DNA of 64,000 nucleotides, from positions 103,030 through 167,029 of the forward strand of contig JAPPGE010000005.1 in assembly GCA_028821455.1 (NCBI GenBank), read 5' to 3'. The position numbers and the translations under genes are program-made. Each line of letters opens with the position of its first letter. The stretch's first letter is position 1. This DNA comes from a bacterium. Its GTDB lineage: Bacteria > Pseudomonadota > Alphaproteobacteria > SP197. Under the pieces are notes generated by a model that saw only the letters and a program-made list of their open reading frames with translations, had not been told where the DNA came from and did not search any database. Positions 1 to 10,241 of the stretch are shown piece after piece.

Positions 1-252
1 CCCGAGCTCACCCGACGCCTGAAGGCGATCGGACTGGATGTTCCCGAAAGCGTCGTCAATTTCGTCCTGGTGCGCTTCCCGGACGGCCCTTCCCAGGCCT
101 CGGCCGCGGAGCGGTTCCTGGCGTCGCAGGCCATTCTTGTCCGCGACCTTGGCGCCTACGGAATCCCCGACGGCCTGCGGATCAACATCGGTCTCGACGA
201 CGAGATGGAAGCGCTCATCGCCAGCCTCACCCGCTTCATGGGCAGGACATGA
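1..252 (+). CDS. hisC: histidinol-phosphate aminotransferase, C-terminal fragment (5' end lies outside the window)
   Basis: The frame is open from position 1 to the stop at 250-252. The C-terminal sequence ...NFVLVRFPDG...LRINIGLDDEME matches class-II aminotransferase HisC tails. Its stop overlaps the next start (ATGA). Confidence 0.7.
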   Translation, partial: PELTRRLKAIGLDVPESVVNFVLVRFPDGPSQASAAERFLASQAILVRDLGAYGIPDGLRINIGLDDEMEALIASLTRFMGRT

Positions 253-1136
253 CCCGCGAGCCGCTGTTCGATACGGTCTGTCTGATCGGCATCGGCCTGA
301 TCGGCTCCTCGCTCGCACGGGTCATGCGCCGCAAGGGCCTCGCGCGCCGCATCGTCGCCTGTGCGCGGCGGGACTCAACTCTCGACACGGTCACCAGACT
401 GGGTCTGGCCGACAGGGTGACGAAAGACCACGCCGAGGCCGCCCGCGGCGCCGACCTGGTGGTCATCTCCACGCCAATCGGCACCAACGGCACGATCGCC
501 CGAACCATCGCGCCTGTCCTGGAACCGGGTCAGATCGTCACCGATGTGGGGTCCGTGAAGCAGGCCGTCATCCGCGACGTGGCGCCCGTCATTCCGGAGG
601 GCGTTCACTTTGTTCCCGGCCATCCTCTTGCCGGCACGGAGGAGTCGGGTCCGGAAAGCGGCTTCGACACCCTGTTCGAGGGTCGCTGGTGCGTGCTGAC
701 GCCCCTTGACGGCACCGCTCCCGAAGCCATCGAAAGGGTCTCCGAACTGTGGCGCCGTGCCGGATCCATGATCGATATCATCGATGCCGAACACCACGAC
801 TGGGTGATGGCGCTGACCTCCCATCTGCCGACTCTGATCGCCTTCAACATCGTCGGGACCGTCGCCGACATGGAGAACCACACCAGGCAGGAGGTCATCA
901 AGTATTCGGCGAGCGGATTCAGGGACTTCACAAGAATCGCCGCCCAGGATCCCGTGATGTGGCGCGATGTCTACCTCAACAATCGCGAAGCCGTCCTCGA
1001 AATGCTCCAGCGATTCAGCGAGGATCTCTCCAGACTCCAACGCGCCATTCGCTGGGGCGAGGGCGAGGAACTCGAGGATCTTTTCCGCAGAAGCCGGGAT
1101 ATCCGCCGCGGCATCATTGACGCAGGCCAGGCCTGA
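249..1136 (+). CDS. tyrC: cyclohexadienyl/prephenate (arogenate) dehydrogenase
   Basis: 295 aa with an N-terminal Rossmann motif (CLIGIGLIGSS) and a conserved HLP/TyrA core (GHPLAG, SHLPT). A hisC-tyrC operon is typical of alphaproteobacteria. Confidence 0.85.
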   Translation: MTREPLFDTVCLIGIGLIGSSLARVMRRKGLARRIVACARRDSTLDTVTRLGLADRVTKDHAEAARGADLVVISTPIGTNGTIARTIAPVLEPGQIVTDVGSVKQAVIRDVAPVIPEGVHFVPGHPLAGTEESGPESGFDTLFEGRWCVLTPLDGTAPEAIERVSELWRRAGSMIDIIDAEHHDWVMALTSHLPTLIAFNIVGTVADMENHTRQEVIKYSASGFRDFTRIAAQDPVMWRDVYLNNREAVLEMLQRFSEDLSRLQRAIRWGEGEELEDLFRRSRDIRRGIIDAGQA

Positions 1137-1137
1137 C

Positions 1138-1175
1138 CGTCATCCCTTGCAGGACCGTTCCCGCAAGGGATGACG
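1138..1175. terminator. GC-rich 13 bp-stem hairpin between convergent tyrC and the SBP gene (putative bidirectional terminator; no clear U-tract)
   Basis: CGTCATCCCTTGC-(12 nt loop)-GCAAGGGATGACG lies immediately after the tyrC stop, between convergent genes. Confidence 0.4.
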
Positions 1176-1186
1176 TTGAGGAAGTG

Positions 1187-2347
1187 CTACAGACCCACTC
1201 TTCCGATCCATGCATTTGAAGACCAGGTCTGCGAGGCGCCTGCGCTGTCGAGCGCCTCGAGGATCGACAGGTCGACGCCGTCCTCGGAAGAGGCGAACGA
1301 GTCGATGACACCGGCCTCCATGTAGACCTCGCCAAAGAGATCCCAGGTGGCCGCAAGATAGCCGGCCGCACAGTCAGGCTCGCCGCCGAACAGCATGTCA
1401 CCCCAGCCGCTTGGCTCCGCCGGCGGCTCCGGTGCTCCTTCCGGCAGACTCTGGCAGACAGGCTTGCCGTCGCCTACACCGAATGCGCCGAGATTCTGGT
1501 CAAGATTCAGCATGATCGCGCCGTACTGCGTTTCGCGTACATCCGCGACAGGCCAGTCGAGACCCTGGGCCACCAGATCGTTCCCTTCTTCGGGATTGGC
1601 CTTCCACCAGTCCACAGCTTCAAACCACGCCCTCAGGAGTTCCGTGGCGACATCGGGCTTGTCCGCCAGCCAGTTCTCGTTGCAGGCGATGGACTCGGAG
1701 ATGAGACCGCGTTCCCAGGTCCGGTCCGTCAGGCTGGTCTTGAGAATACGGGAACCGGCGCGGTCGGCCGACTGGGATGAAAATGGCTTGTAGTTGACAT
1801 CGATGTCGAGCTGACCGCTGGTGAATGCGGCGGCGCTGTCCTGGGGAAGCATGATCTTGTGATCGAGGGCGTCGAACGCGATGCCCGCCTTCTTCAGCGT
1901 GAGCAGCATCCACATGTGATTGAGGAAGGCGAAGTCGGCGCCGTAGCTCTTTCCCGGAAAGTCGTCGACGGATTCAATGGACTCATCGACGATCATCTCG
2001 TCGAGCCCGTACGACATCGCCGGTATGGCGATGACCTTGACGGGAACGCCCGAGGCGCGGGCCACGACAACCGAATCGAGGGTATTGAGCATGCACTGGA
2101 CCGTTCCGGTCGTCAGCGCCGCATTCTTTGCGGTGATGTCCTCGATAATCCGTATGTTGAGATCGATATCGCGGGCAAGACCCCGTTCCTGGACGATGTA
2201 CCAGGGTGCATAGGGCGAAAACGATATGATCGCGATGTCCACCTGCTCGGCCGCCCGGGCCGGTTGCGGCGCGATGCCGTGAATGCCGGCGACAAGGGCC
2301 GCCAGCAGAATCGGCCCCACAAGTCGTGAAACGCTCTTGAATGTCAT
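1187..2347 (-). CDS. ABC transporter periplasmic substrate-binding protein (NMT1/THI5-like, aliphatic sulfonate/nitrate/taurine family)
   Basis: 386 aa with an N-terminal signal peptide (LLAALVAGIHGIAPQPARA) and an SsuA/TauA-like fold signature. There is no cognate permease or ATPase adjacent. Confidence 0.6.
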   Translation of the reverse strand: MTFKSVSRLVGPILLAALVAGIHGIAPQPARAAEQVDIAIISFSPYAPWYIVQERGLARDIDLNIRIIEDITAKNAALTTGTVQCMLNTLDSVVVARASGVPVKVIAIPAMSYGLDEMIVDESIESVDDFPGKSYGADFAFLNHMWMLLTLKKAGIAFDALDHKIMLPQDSAAAFTSGQLDIDVNYKPFSSQSADRAGSRILKTSLTDRTWERGLISESIACNENWLADKPDVATELLRAWFEAVDWWKANPEEGNDLVAQGLDWPVADVRETQYGAIMLNLDQNLGAFGVGDGKPVCQSLPEGAPEPPAEPSGWGDMLFGGEPDCAAGYLAATWDLFGEVYMEAGVIDSFASSEDGVDLSILEALDSAGASQTWSSNAWIGRVGL

Positions 2348-3222
2348 GATGCCTCCTCGGTTTGCCTGTTGTCTGCAAGTATGGCGCCTCGTTCGAGACG
2401 GGCAATGATGTCGTCGAGCTGCTGAAGTGTCCGGTAGGTCAGTGTCAGCTTCCCTCTTTCGCCCTTCGAAGTGATCGCAACCTTCAGGCCGGTTGCCTCG
2501 CCAAGCCGCCTTTCGAGCGCCCGGACGTCGGGATCGACGGACCTTGTCGACCTGCTGCCACTCCCGCGTTGACGGTGATTGCGCACCAGTGCCTCGGTCT
2601 CGCGCACCGACAGTCCTTCCTTCAGGATGCGCGCGGCAAGTGCCTCGGGTTGGCGGGTCCCCAGCAAGGCTCGGCCGTGGCCTGCACTGAGCTCACCCTC
2701 GTTGATCAGCTTGCGCACAGGCTCGGGAAGCTGGAGGAGGCGCAGCGTGTTGGCGACATGGACCCTGCTCTTGCCGACAAGGACCGCCATGTCTTCCTGG
2801 GTCAGGGCGAACTCCTCGTTGAGACGGCGGTAGCCTGCCGCCTCCTCGACAGGGCCGAGGTCCTCGCGCTGCAGGTTCTCGACCAGTCCGTGCTCCAGGG
2901 CCTCGCGGTCACTCATGTCCTTGACGATAACCGGAACATCGTGGAGTCGGGCCCGCTGCGCCGCCCGCCAGCGCCTCTCACCGGCTACGATCTCCATCAT
3001 GCCGTCGGCAGCGGGCCTGACGATGATGGGCTGCATCATGCCGCTGTCCGTAAGGGACCGGGCGAGGCCGTCGATGTCCTCATCGTTGAATCGGGTGCGG
3101 GGCTGAAAGCGACCGGGCTTGAGTTCCGAGATTGAGACAGTCCGCATGCCGGAGGCGGATGTCCTTGCCGGCGTTCCGATGAGCGCGTCGAGGCCGCGTC
3201 CAAGACTTCTAGGTCTCGTCAT
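2344..3222 (-). CDS. parB: chromosome partitioning protein ParB
   Basis: 292 aa with the ParB box GERRWRAA, an HTH region and C-terminal dimerisation. It is immediately downstream of parA. Confidence 0.9.
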   Translation of the reverse strand: MTRPRSLGRGLDALIGTPARTSASGMRTVSISELKPGRFQPRTRFNDEDIDGLARSLTDSGMMQPIIVRPAADGMMEIVAGERRWRAAQRARLHDVPVIVKDMSDREALEHGLVENLQREDLGPVEEAAGYRRLNEEFALTQEDMAVLVGKSRVHVANTLRLLQLPEPVRKLINEGELSAGHGRALLGTRQPEALAARILKEGLSVRETEALVRNHRQRGSGSRSTRSVDPDVRALERRLGEATGLKVAITSKGERGKLTLTYRTLQQLDDIIARLERGAILADNRQTEEAS

Positions 3223-4022
3223 GCGGCACTCTTCGACTGCGTGGCATGGCGGCGCAGGAATTCACCTGCCAGGCGCACGTAGGCCCGCGTTCCCGCACAC
3301 TCAATATCGTATAAAAGCACCGGCTTACCGTGTGACGGCGCCTCGCTCACCCTGACGTTGCGCGGAATGAGCGTACGATAGACGAGATCGCCCATGACGC
3401 GGCGCACATCCCGTTCCACCTCGCGGGACAGGCGGTTCCGGCGATCGAACATCGTGAGCACGATCCCGCCGATATGCAGTCCCGGATTGTGGGTGCCGGC
3501 AATCCTCTCGATGGTGTCGAGCAGGAGCGAGAGACCTTCCAGGGCGAAGAACTCGCACTGCATGGGCACCAGGACCTCGTCGGCGGCCACCAGGGCGTTG
3601 AGCGTCAACAGGCTGAGTGACGGCGGACAGTCGACTAGCACGAACTCATGCCCCGCCATCACCTCGGAAAGCGCCGTTGCGAGAACGCTCTGGCGTTCGG
3701 AAACGTCAACCAGTTCGACATCGGCGCCGGAAAGATCGGCGGTCGCCGGAATGAGGGACAATCCCGGTATCATGGTGGGCGCCGGCGTCACCTTTTCCCC
3801 GTTCAGCAGGTCGTATGTCGTCGCGGTTCTGGCCGAAGGCTCGAAACCCAGACCCGTGCTGGCATTTCCCTGGGCGTCCGCATCGACGACGAGAACCTTG
3901 TGTCCCGTGGCGGCAAAGGCGGTTGCAAGGTTGATGACGGTGGTCGTCTTGCCCACCCCGCCCTTCTGGTTGGCCACGGCCACCACCAGGGGCCGCGCAA
4001 GGCGATCACGGTCGAGAGTCAT
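3219..4022 (-). CDS. parA: chromosome partitioning ATPase ParA/Soj
   Basis: Contains the deviant Walker A motif KGGVGKTT. The start is set at the internal ATG ([22 protein letters not shown]) preceded by AGGA. The ORF-track start at 4061 would overlap rsmG by 56 nt. Confidence 0.85.
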   Translation of the reverse strand: MTLDRDRLARPLVVAVANQKGGVGKTTTVINLATAFAATGHKVLVVDADAQGNASTGLGFEPSARTATTYDLLNGEKVTPAPTMIPGLSLIPATADLSGADVELVDVSERQSVLATALSEVMAGHEFVLVDCPPSLSLLTLNALVAADEVLVPMQCEFFALEGLSLLLDTIERIAGTHNPGLHIGGIVLTMFDRRNRLSREVERDVRRVMGDLVYRTLIPRNVRVSEAPSHGKPVLLYDIECAGTRAYVRLAGEFLRRHATQSKSAA

Positions 4023-4620
4023 GGTGTATCCTGTTGATGACCAGAACGCTGGATTGCTCATCCGAAAGACTGGGGTGTCGCGAGAACCACATGTGCCAGT
4101 GACGGGCGGCGGACTTCAGTTCCTCCTCCACCGACCTTCCCTTGGGGAAAATGGCAACGGAGCCCTCGCCCAGAAAGGGAGCCGTGACGGGCAGGAGAAC
4201 ATCGAGGGGAGCCAGGGCACGGGCCGTCACGACATCGGCCGATGCGCGAGGCAGATCCTCCACGCGCATGCGGTGAATGCCGACATCGACATCGCAGACA
4301 TGGGCTGCGGCATGAAGAAACGCCGCCTTGCTCTCGTCCCGCTCCACCATCTCGACGCCGGCAACCCCCATGATCGCAAGAATCAGGCCGGGCAGACCGG
4401 CACCGGAACCGAGATCGACGAGCCGCCGGCACGTCGGCGGCACATAGCGGGCAATCTGCCCGCAATCGAGAACGTGCCGCGACCATATCTCGTCAACAGT
4501 TCCGGGGCCGATCAGCTTGAGGCGCGATTGCCATTCACCGAGTACGGCAACATAGGCGGCGAGGCGCTCGGATGTCTCCGGCGACGCGCCAAGCAGCCGG
4601 CACACCTCGTCGCGGGTCAC
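4006..4620 (-). CDS. rsmG: 16S rRNA (guanine527-N7)-methyltransferase RsmG (GidB)
   Basis: The C-terminal 204 aa of the ORF-track ORF, with a GTG start that is in GTGA overlap with the mnmG stop. The SAM motif [10 protein letters not shown] is present, and the gene sits in the gidA-gidB-parAB cluster. Confidence 0.85.
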   Translation of the reverse strand: MTRDEVCRLLGASPETSERLAAYVAVLGEWQSRLKLIGPGTVDEIWSRHVLDCGQIARYVPPTCRRLVDLGSGAGLPGLILAIMGVAGVEMVERDESKAAFLHAAAHVCDVDVGIHRMRVEDLPRASADVVTARALAPLDVLLPVTAPFLGEGSVAIFPKGRSVEEELKSAARHWHMWFSRHPSLSDEQSSVLVINRIHHDSRP

Positions 4621-6479
4621 GCCGCATCCCGCCTGACGTGGCGGAGCAGGGCCTGCAGGGCGGCAGGTGTCACTCCGGGAAGCCGTGCTGCCTGTCCAAG
4701 CGTGGCCGGGCGGGCGGCTGACATCGTTTCGCGCATTTCCGCAGACAGTCCGCCAATGCGGGCGTAGTCGAGACCGGGAGGAAGATCGAGGGCCTCGTCC
4801 CGGCGGAACGCTGCGATGTCCGCCTCCATGCGGCCCAGGTAACCCCGGTAGCGGCCGGCAATTCTCACCTGTTCCATGGCGTGTTCGGGCCACGACGCGA
4901 TCTCCGGCCACAGGGCCAGCAGTCGTCGATCGTCCCCTGAGGCCGAAGCCGCGAGGTCGAACAGGTTTCGCCGACGGCCATCCCGATTGACATCGAACCC
5001 CGCGGCGCGCGCTTCGTCGGGACTGACCTGTAACGCGCAAGCCCGTGTCATGGCCGTCTCGACCTCCTGTCGGCGTCGGGAGAATGCGCGCCATCGGGTC
5101 TCCCCGACACACCCGGCCTCGCGGCCCTTTGCGGTAAGACGCAGGTCGGCATTGTCGGCCCTCAGGATGAGACGGTACTCCGCCCGGCTCGTGAACATGC
5201 GGTAGGGTTCACACGTCCCCCTCGTGACGAGATCGTCGATCATGACGCCCAGATAGGCTTCTGCCCGGTCAAATCGCACGCCTGGAAGACCTCCCGCGCA
5301 GCGCGCCGCGTTGATTCCGGCGACCAGCCCCTGACCCGCCGCCTCCTCGTATCCCGTGGTGCCGTTGATCTGGCCGGCCAGGAACAAACCTGGTATCCGC
5401 CTTGCCTGCAGCGTGTGATCGAGCTGGCGCGGATCGACGTAGTCATACTCGATGGCATAGCCGTGACGCAGGATGTGCGCCTTGGCAAGTCCCGGAATCG
5501 TGGCGATAAATTTCTCCTGTACATCGCGTGGCAACGACGTCGAGATGCCGTTCGGGTAGACCGTGGCAGTCCGGAGCCCCTCGGGCTCCAGAAAGATCCG
5601 GTGGCTCTCCCGGTCGCCAAACCGCACCACCTTGTCCTCGATGGACGGGCAGTATCGGGGACCGGTTCCGTCGATGCGGCCGGAGTAGACGGGCGCCCGG
5701 TCAAGGTTGGCGCGAATGACGTCGTGCGTGGCCTTCGTGGTGGCCGTCACATGACAGGGAACCTGCGGCACGGTGATGGCGCCGGTCAGCCACGAGAACG
5801 GTTGCGGAGGATCATCTCCGGGCTGAACCTCGAGGGCGGCATGGTCGATGGTCCGTCCATCGATCCGCGGCGGCGTCCCCGTCTTCAGCCTTCCAAGGGA
5901 AAAACGGTGCCTTTCGAGCGTTGCGGCTAGGGCCACGGCGGCGTCATCATCGATCCGTCCCGCCGGCCAGCGCTCGTCGCCGATGTGAATCATCCCGCGC
6001 AAAAATGTTCCGGTGGTGAGAATGACCGCGCGACCACGACAGAGCCTGCCGTCGGCAAGCCTGACACCGGCAATCTCTCCGGCATGGTTGATAGCCAGGT
6101 CGGAGGCTTCGCCTTCGAGGATGTCAAGTTCCTGTTGATTTTCAAGGAGTTCCTGGACCGTCTGCGCATAGAGCGACCGGTCGGCCTGGGCCCTGGGGCC
6201 TCGAACCGCCGGTCCCTTGCTGGCGTTGAGAAGACGGAACTGGATGCCCGAGCGATCGATGGCCAGCCCCATGATGCCGTCCAGGGCATCGATCTCGCGC
6301 ACTAGGTGCCCCTTGCCTAGCCCACCGATGGCGGGATTGCACGACATCGCGCCGATGGTCGAACGGCGCAGGGTCACAAGAAGCGTCGCGGCGCCACATC
6401 GCGCCGCCGCTGCCGCCGCCTCGGTGCCGGCATGCCCGCCGCCAATGACTATGACATCGTGAACGAAGGTGTGCGTCAT
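4617..6479 (-). CDS. mnmG: tRNA uridine-5-carboxymethylaminomethyl synthesis enzyme MnmG (GidA)
   Basis: The FAD motif [15 protein letters not shown] follows the start chosen here ([15 protein letters not shown]). The ORF-track start at 6527 is a GTG lying inside a parS palindrome, so the shorter start is preferred. Confidence 0.85.
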   Translation of the reverse strand: MTHTFVHDVIVIGGGHAGTEAAAAAARCGAATLLVTLRRSTIGAMSCNPAIGGLGKGHLVREIDALDGIMGLAIDRSGIQFRLLNASKGPAVRGPRAQADRSLYAQTVQELLENQQELDILEGEASDLAINHAGEIAGVRLADGRLCRGRAVILTTGTFLRGMIHIGDERWPAGRIDDDAAVALAATLERHRFSLGRLKTGTPPRIDGRTIDHAALEVQPGDDPPQPFSWLTGAITVPQVPCHVTATTKATHDVIRANLDRAPVYSGRIDGTGPRYCPSIEDKVVRFGDRESHRIFLEPEGLRTATVYPNGISTSLPRDVQEKFIATIPGLAKAHILRHGYAIEYDYVDPRQLDHTLQARRIPGLFLAGQINGTTGYEEAAGQGLVAGINAARCAGGLPGVRFDRAEAYLGVMIDDLVTRGTCEPYRMFTSRAEYRLILRADNADLRLTAKGREAGCVGETRWRAFSRRRQEVETAMTRACALQVSPDEARAAGFDVNRDGRRRNLFDLAASASGDDRRLLALWPEIASWPEHAMEQVRIAGRYRGYLGRMEADIAAFRRDEALDLPPGLDYARIGGLSAEMRETMSAARPATLGQAARLPGVTPAALQALLRHVRRDAA

Positions 6480-6519
6480 GCCTGGAATGTAGTGATGGCG
6501 CTCCGGTGGGTCAAAGCGT

Positions 6520-6535
6520 TGTTTCACGTGAAACT
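6520..6535. other. parS centromere-like site (15/16 match to TGTTTCACGTGAAACA)
   Basis: The sequence TGTTTCACGTGAAACT is read directly between the mnmE stop and the mnmG start. Confidence 0.75.
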
Positions 6536-6536
6536 G

Positions 6537-7844
6537 TCACTTTCCGATGCAGAACTCCGAGAAGATCACGTCGAGAAGGTCCTCCACATCCACCCTGCCG
6601 GTGAGTCGTCCCAGTGCCGTGGCTGCCACACGCAGGTCCTCGGCTGCCAGCGTCACGTCGCCTGCATCCGGACCCCGATAGCGCACCAAGGCGTCCGCGA
6701 CCTGGACAAGCGCAGCCCTGTGCCGGGTCCGCGACGGCGACAGCCCCGCTCCCTGCCAGGCCAGCCGGAAGCGTTGCGCCATGACCTCGACGAGATGATC
6801 GATCCCCTCCCCGGTCTTCGCCGAAAGGCCCGGGATGCCCGGGGGAGGACGGGCGAGGTCAGCCTTTCCGGCCACGACAAGCGCATCCTCATCGCAACGG
6901 GACTCGATGGCGGGCCAGGTCTCCTCCCATCGGCTGGCATCGGCAACGAGCAGCGTCAGGTCAGCCGTCTCCGCTCTCTTCAGCGCCCGCCTGATCCCTT
7001 CTCCCTCGACGCCTTGCGGCACCTCCCGCAACCCTGCGGTGTCGACAAGGGATACGGCAAAGCCGGCGATGTCCATGGTCACCTCGACCGTGTCCCGTGT
7101 TGTCCCCTCCTCCGCAGAGACAATGGCCGCGTCATGTCCGGCGAGGGCGTTGAGAAGACTCGACTTGCCGACATTGGGCGCGCCGAGAATGACGACGCTG
7201 AGACCCTCGCGCAGCCGTTCGCCACGGCGTCCGTCATCGAGGTGGGCGCGAACCTCCTCTTCGAGAACGGTCACCGCTGCCCGGTTGTCGTCGAGGAGTC
7301 CCGCCGGCAATTCCTCGTCGGGAAAGTCGATCACGGCCTCGAGACGCGCCATGGCGTCGACAAGGCGCTGACGCCACTCGTCATAGAGAGCCGAATGCAA
7401 CCCCTGGAGCTGATCGAGAGCCTGACTGCGCTGGCGTGACGTGTCCGCGGCGACAAGGTCCGCCACCGCCTCCGCCTCCACGAGGTCGATTCTGCCATTC
7501 AGCACCGCCCGCCTGGTGAATTCCCCCGGTTCGGCGGGCCGCACGCCAGGCACCGATGCAAGGGCATCGAGAACGCCGTACACCACCGCGCGTCCGCCGT
7601 GGACGTGGAATTCCGCCACATCCTCTCCCGTGACGGTGGCCGGCGCCGGAAACCATAGAACCAGGGATTGATCGATCACGTCTCCCGATCGACTGTCCTG
7701 AAGGTGGCGCAGGACGGCCTGCCGGGCGGCAGGCAGATCCCTGCCGCTGAGGAGCCTCACGGTCTCTCCGGCAGCCGGGCCCGACACCCGGATCACGGCG
7801 ATGGCGGCCCGGCCGGGGGCCGTGGCCAACGCGAAGATGGTCAC
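6537..7844 (-). CDS. mnmE: tRNA modification GTPase MnmE (TrmE)
   Basis: 435 aa with the G-domain motifs GAPNVGKSSLLN and DTAGLR and the C-terminal CIGK tetrapeptide. It has a GTG start. Confidence 0.9.
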   Translation of the reverse strand: MTIFALATAPGRAAIAVIRVSGPAAGETVRLLSGRDLPAARQAVLRHLQDSRSGDVIDQSLVLWFPAPATVTGEDVAEFHVHGGRAVVYGVLDALASVPGVRPAEPGEFTRRAVLNGRIDLVEAEAVADLVAADTSRQRSQALDQLQGLHSALYDEWRQRLVDAMARLEAVIDFPDEELPAGLLDDNRAAVTVLEEEVRAHLDDGRRGERLREGLSVVILGAPNVGKSSLLNALAGHDAAIVSAEEGTTRDTVEVTMDIAGFAVSLVDTAGLREVPQGVEGEGIRRALKRAETADLTLLVADASRWEETWPAIESRCDEDALVVAGKADLARPPPGIPGLSAKTGEGIDHLVEVMAQRFRLAWQGAGLSPSRTRHRAALVQVADALVRYRGPDAGDVTLAAEDLRVAATALGRLTGRVDVEDLLDVIFSEFCIGK

Positions 7845-7860
7845 TGTTTCACGTGAAACA
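7845..7860. other. parS centromere-like site (perfect 16 bp palindrome TGTTTCACGTGAAACA)
   Basis: The palindrome is read directly and abuts the mnmE start codon. Confidence 0.85.
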
Positions 7861-7866
7861 GGGCTG

Positions 7867-8106
7867 TCAGTCGCGCTTTGCCGGGTTCAGCATGTGGCGC
7901 CACATGTCCATCATCTGGTTCATGCCGTCACCAGACGCCCCCGTCCATTCCTTCAGCATGGCTTCGGGGTCGAACCGGGACAGTGCTTCGTTCATGCGTT
8001 CCTTCAGTCCGGCCATGAACTCCTCCTGCAGGGGACGGATGTCCGGCATGCCCAGAAATGCACGGGCTTCTTCAGGCTTACAGTCGATCTTGATTGTCAC
8101 TTTCAT
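7867..8106 (-). CDS. small hypothetical protein (about 80 aa)
   Basis: ORF with an internal ATG start (MKVTIKIDCKPEEARAFLGMPD...). It is Met-rich at the C-terminus and I do not recognise a domain. Confidence 0.35.
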   Translation of the reverse strand: MKVTIKIDCKPEEARAFLGMPDIRPLQEEFMAGLKERMNEALSRFDPEAMLKEWTGASGDGMNQMMDMWRHMLNPAKRD

Positions 8107-8173
8107 GGCGAATACCGGTTGAGAATGTCGAATGCAGCGGTCAGGGTAGGGTTCCTGAACCGGTGAACGCAAC

Positions 8174-10213
8174 ATGGTCCTGGATTTCCGGCGCAACAAC
8201 CTCGACGGGGAAACCAGTCCCTATCTCCATCAGCACCGGGACAATCCCGTCCACTGGCAGCCGTGGCGCCAGGAGGTCTTGCAGTATGCCCGGGAACACG
8301 ACAGGCCGATCCTGCTTTCGGTCGGCTACGCCGCCTGTCACTGGTGCCACGTCATGGCCCATGAGAGCTTCGAGAACGACGAGATTGCCGGCGTGATGAA
8401 TGACCTCTTCGTCAACATCAAGGTCGACCGGGAGGAACGGCCGGACATCGACGCCATCTACCAGTCGGCCCTGCAGCTGCTCGGCCAGCAGGGGGGATGG
8501 CCGCTCACCATGTTCCTGACGCCCGACGGGGAACCCTTCTGGGGCGGCACCTACTTTCCGTCGGCACCGAAGTTCGGTCGACCGGGATTCAACGAAGTGC
8601 TGAACGTGGTGGAAACGACTTACCGCAGTCAGCCCGACAGGGTTGAACACAATCGTGCGGCCCTCGCCGAAGCGCTGGCGAAGCTTTCGGCGGGACGGGG
8701 AGACGGCGACATCCCTCACGACATTGCGGACACCACGGCACGGCGTCTGCTCGACATCGTCGACATGCGGTTCGGCGGTCTTGGAGAAGCGCCGAAGTTT
8801 CCCCATGTCCCCGATCTCGACCTGTTGCTGCGCGCCTGGCGGCGGGAGGGAGAAGGGGCGTTCATGCAGGCTGTCGAGGTGTCGGCCGACGCCATGGCCC
8901 GAGGCGGCATCTACGACCATCTCCGGGGGGGCTGGGCACGCTACTCCGTTGACCGCTACTGGCTTGTTCCGCATTTCGAGAAGATGCTCTACGACAATGC
9001 CCTTCTGGTTGACTTCTACACGCGGTTGTGGCTCGTCACCGGAAAGGATCTCTACCGCCGCCGGGTGGAGGAAACCGTCGCCTGGCTGCAGGCCGAGATG
9101 ACCACCGGGGAGGGCGCTTTCTGTTCCAGCCTCGATGCCGACTCCCTGAACACCGAGGGACACGGGGAGGAGGGCGCTTTCTATGTCTGGACAGAGTCGG
9201 AAGTCGACGCGATTCTCGGAGAAGACTCCGCGTTTTTCAAGGAGTTCCATGACGTAAGGCCACACGGAAACTGGGAGGGAAAGACAATCCTGAACAGCCT
9301 TGTCCGGGAGCCCGATGCGGCCGGCGAGATCCGCCTTGCGCCGCTGCGCCGGCGTCTGCTCGAACATCGCGCGGAGCGTCCCCGGCCAGGCCTCGACGAC
9401 AAGGTGCTGGCAGACTGGAACGGTCTGATGATCCGGGCCCTGGCCCGCGCCGGCGCTGCCTTCGGGCGAAGAGAGTGGATCGCCATGGCGCGGCGCGCCT
9501 TCGATCATGTCTCGGGCGCCATGGCGTCAGGGGACCGTCTGGGACACAGCGCGAGGGCCGGCACCACTCTCGATGTCGCGATGATCGACGACTACAGCCA
9601 CATGACCGACGCGGCGCTCATCCTCCATGACGTGACCGGCGACGGAGCCCTTCTTGAACGGGCCCGTGCCTGGGTCCGCGTAGCAGACCAGTTCTACCGC
9701 GACAGCGATGGCGGCGGCTACTTCTTCACGGCCGACGATGCGGATGCGCTCATCGTGCGTACCAAGACGGCCATCGACAATGCCACGCCGTCGGGCAACG
9801 GCACCATGGTCGGCGTTCTGGCCCGGCTGTGGCACCTGACCGGGGAGACAGGGTACCGGGAAAGGGCCGAAGAGATCGTGGCCGCCTTCGCCGGGGACAT
9901 CGCGAGAAACCCCGCCGGCCATGCGGTCATGATTCTCAACATCGATCTCTTCTTGAGGGCGCTCGACGTCACCATCATCGGAACAAGAGGCGAGAAGGCG
10001 ACGGACTCCCTCATTGCCGAGGTGTGGAAGTCTGCACACATGCACCTGGTGCTTCGAGTCATCACGCCGGGAGAGTCCCTGCCCGCGACGCACCCGGCCG
10101 CCGGCAAGGGCGCGGTCGATGGCCGGCCAACGGCCTATGTCTGCCGTGGCCAGACCTGCTCGCTGCCGGTGACGGACGTCGAAAGCCTCGCGCAACTGCT
10201 TCATCAGCCATGA
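8174..10213 (+). CDS. thioredoxin-domain protein of the DUF255/YyaL family (N-acylglucosamine 2-epimerase-like C-terminal domain)
   Basis: 679 aa. The N-terminus (GETSPYLHQHRDNPVHWQPW...SVGYAACHWCHVMAHESFEN) carries the DUF255 CxxC thioredoxin-like signature, followed by a six-hairpin glycosidase-like region. Confidence 0.8.
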   Translation: MVLDFRRNNLDGETSPYLHQHRDNPVHWQPWRQEVLQYAREHDRPILLSVGYAACHWCHVMAHESFENDEIAGVMNDLFVNIKVDREERPDIDAIYQSALQLLGQQGGWPLTMFLTPDGEPFWGGTYFPSAPKFGRPGFNEVLNVVETTYRSQPDRVEHNRAALAEALAKLSAGRGDGDIPHDIADTTARRLLDIVDMRFGGLGEAPKFPHVPDLDLLLRAWRREGEGAFMQAVEVSADAMARGGIYDHLRGGWARYSVDRYWLVPHFEKMLYDNALLVDFYTRLWLVTGKDLYRRRVEETVAWLQAEMTTGEGAFCSSLDADSLNTEGHGEEGAFYVWTESEVDAILGEDSAFFKEFHDVRPHGNWEGKTILNSLVREPDAAGEIRLAPLRRRLLEHRAERPRPGLDDKVLADWNGLMIRALARAGAAFGRREWIAMARRAFDHVSGAMASGDRLGHSARAGTTLDVAMIDDYSHMTDAALILHDVTGDGALLERARAWVRVADQFYRDSDGGGYFFTADDADALIVRTKTAIDNATPSGNGTMVGVLARLWHLTGETGYRERAEEIVAAFAGDIARNPAGHAVMILNIDLFLRALDVTIIGTRGEKATDSLIAEVWKSAHMHLVLRVITPGESLPATHPAAGKGAVDGRPTAYVCRGQTCSLPVTDVESLAQLLHQP

Positions 10214-10241
10214 TGCAATCTATTGTAATCAGGAACTTTTC

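Noticed and set aside
38-1040. Several overlapping ORFs (38-709 plus strand, 375-1040 minus strand, others) around hisC/tyrC
   Set aside because: They are out-of-frame or antisense to the HisC and TyrC readings, which carry conserved motifs. Their composition is R/P/G-rich.
8141-9508. 455 aa minus-strand ORF antisense to the DUF255 gene
   Set aside because: Antisense GC-frame artefact. The DUF255 reading has strong family motifs.
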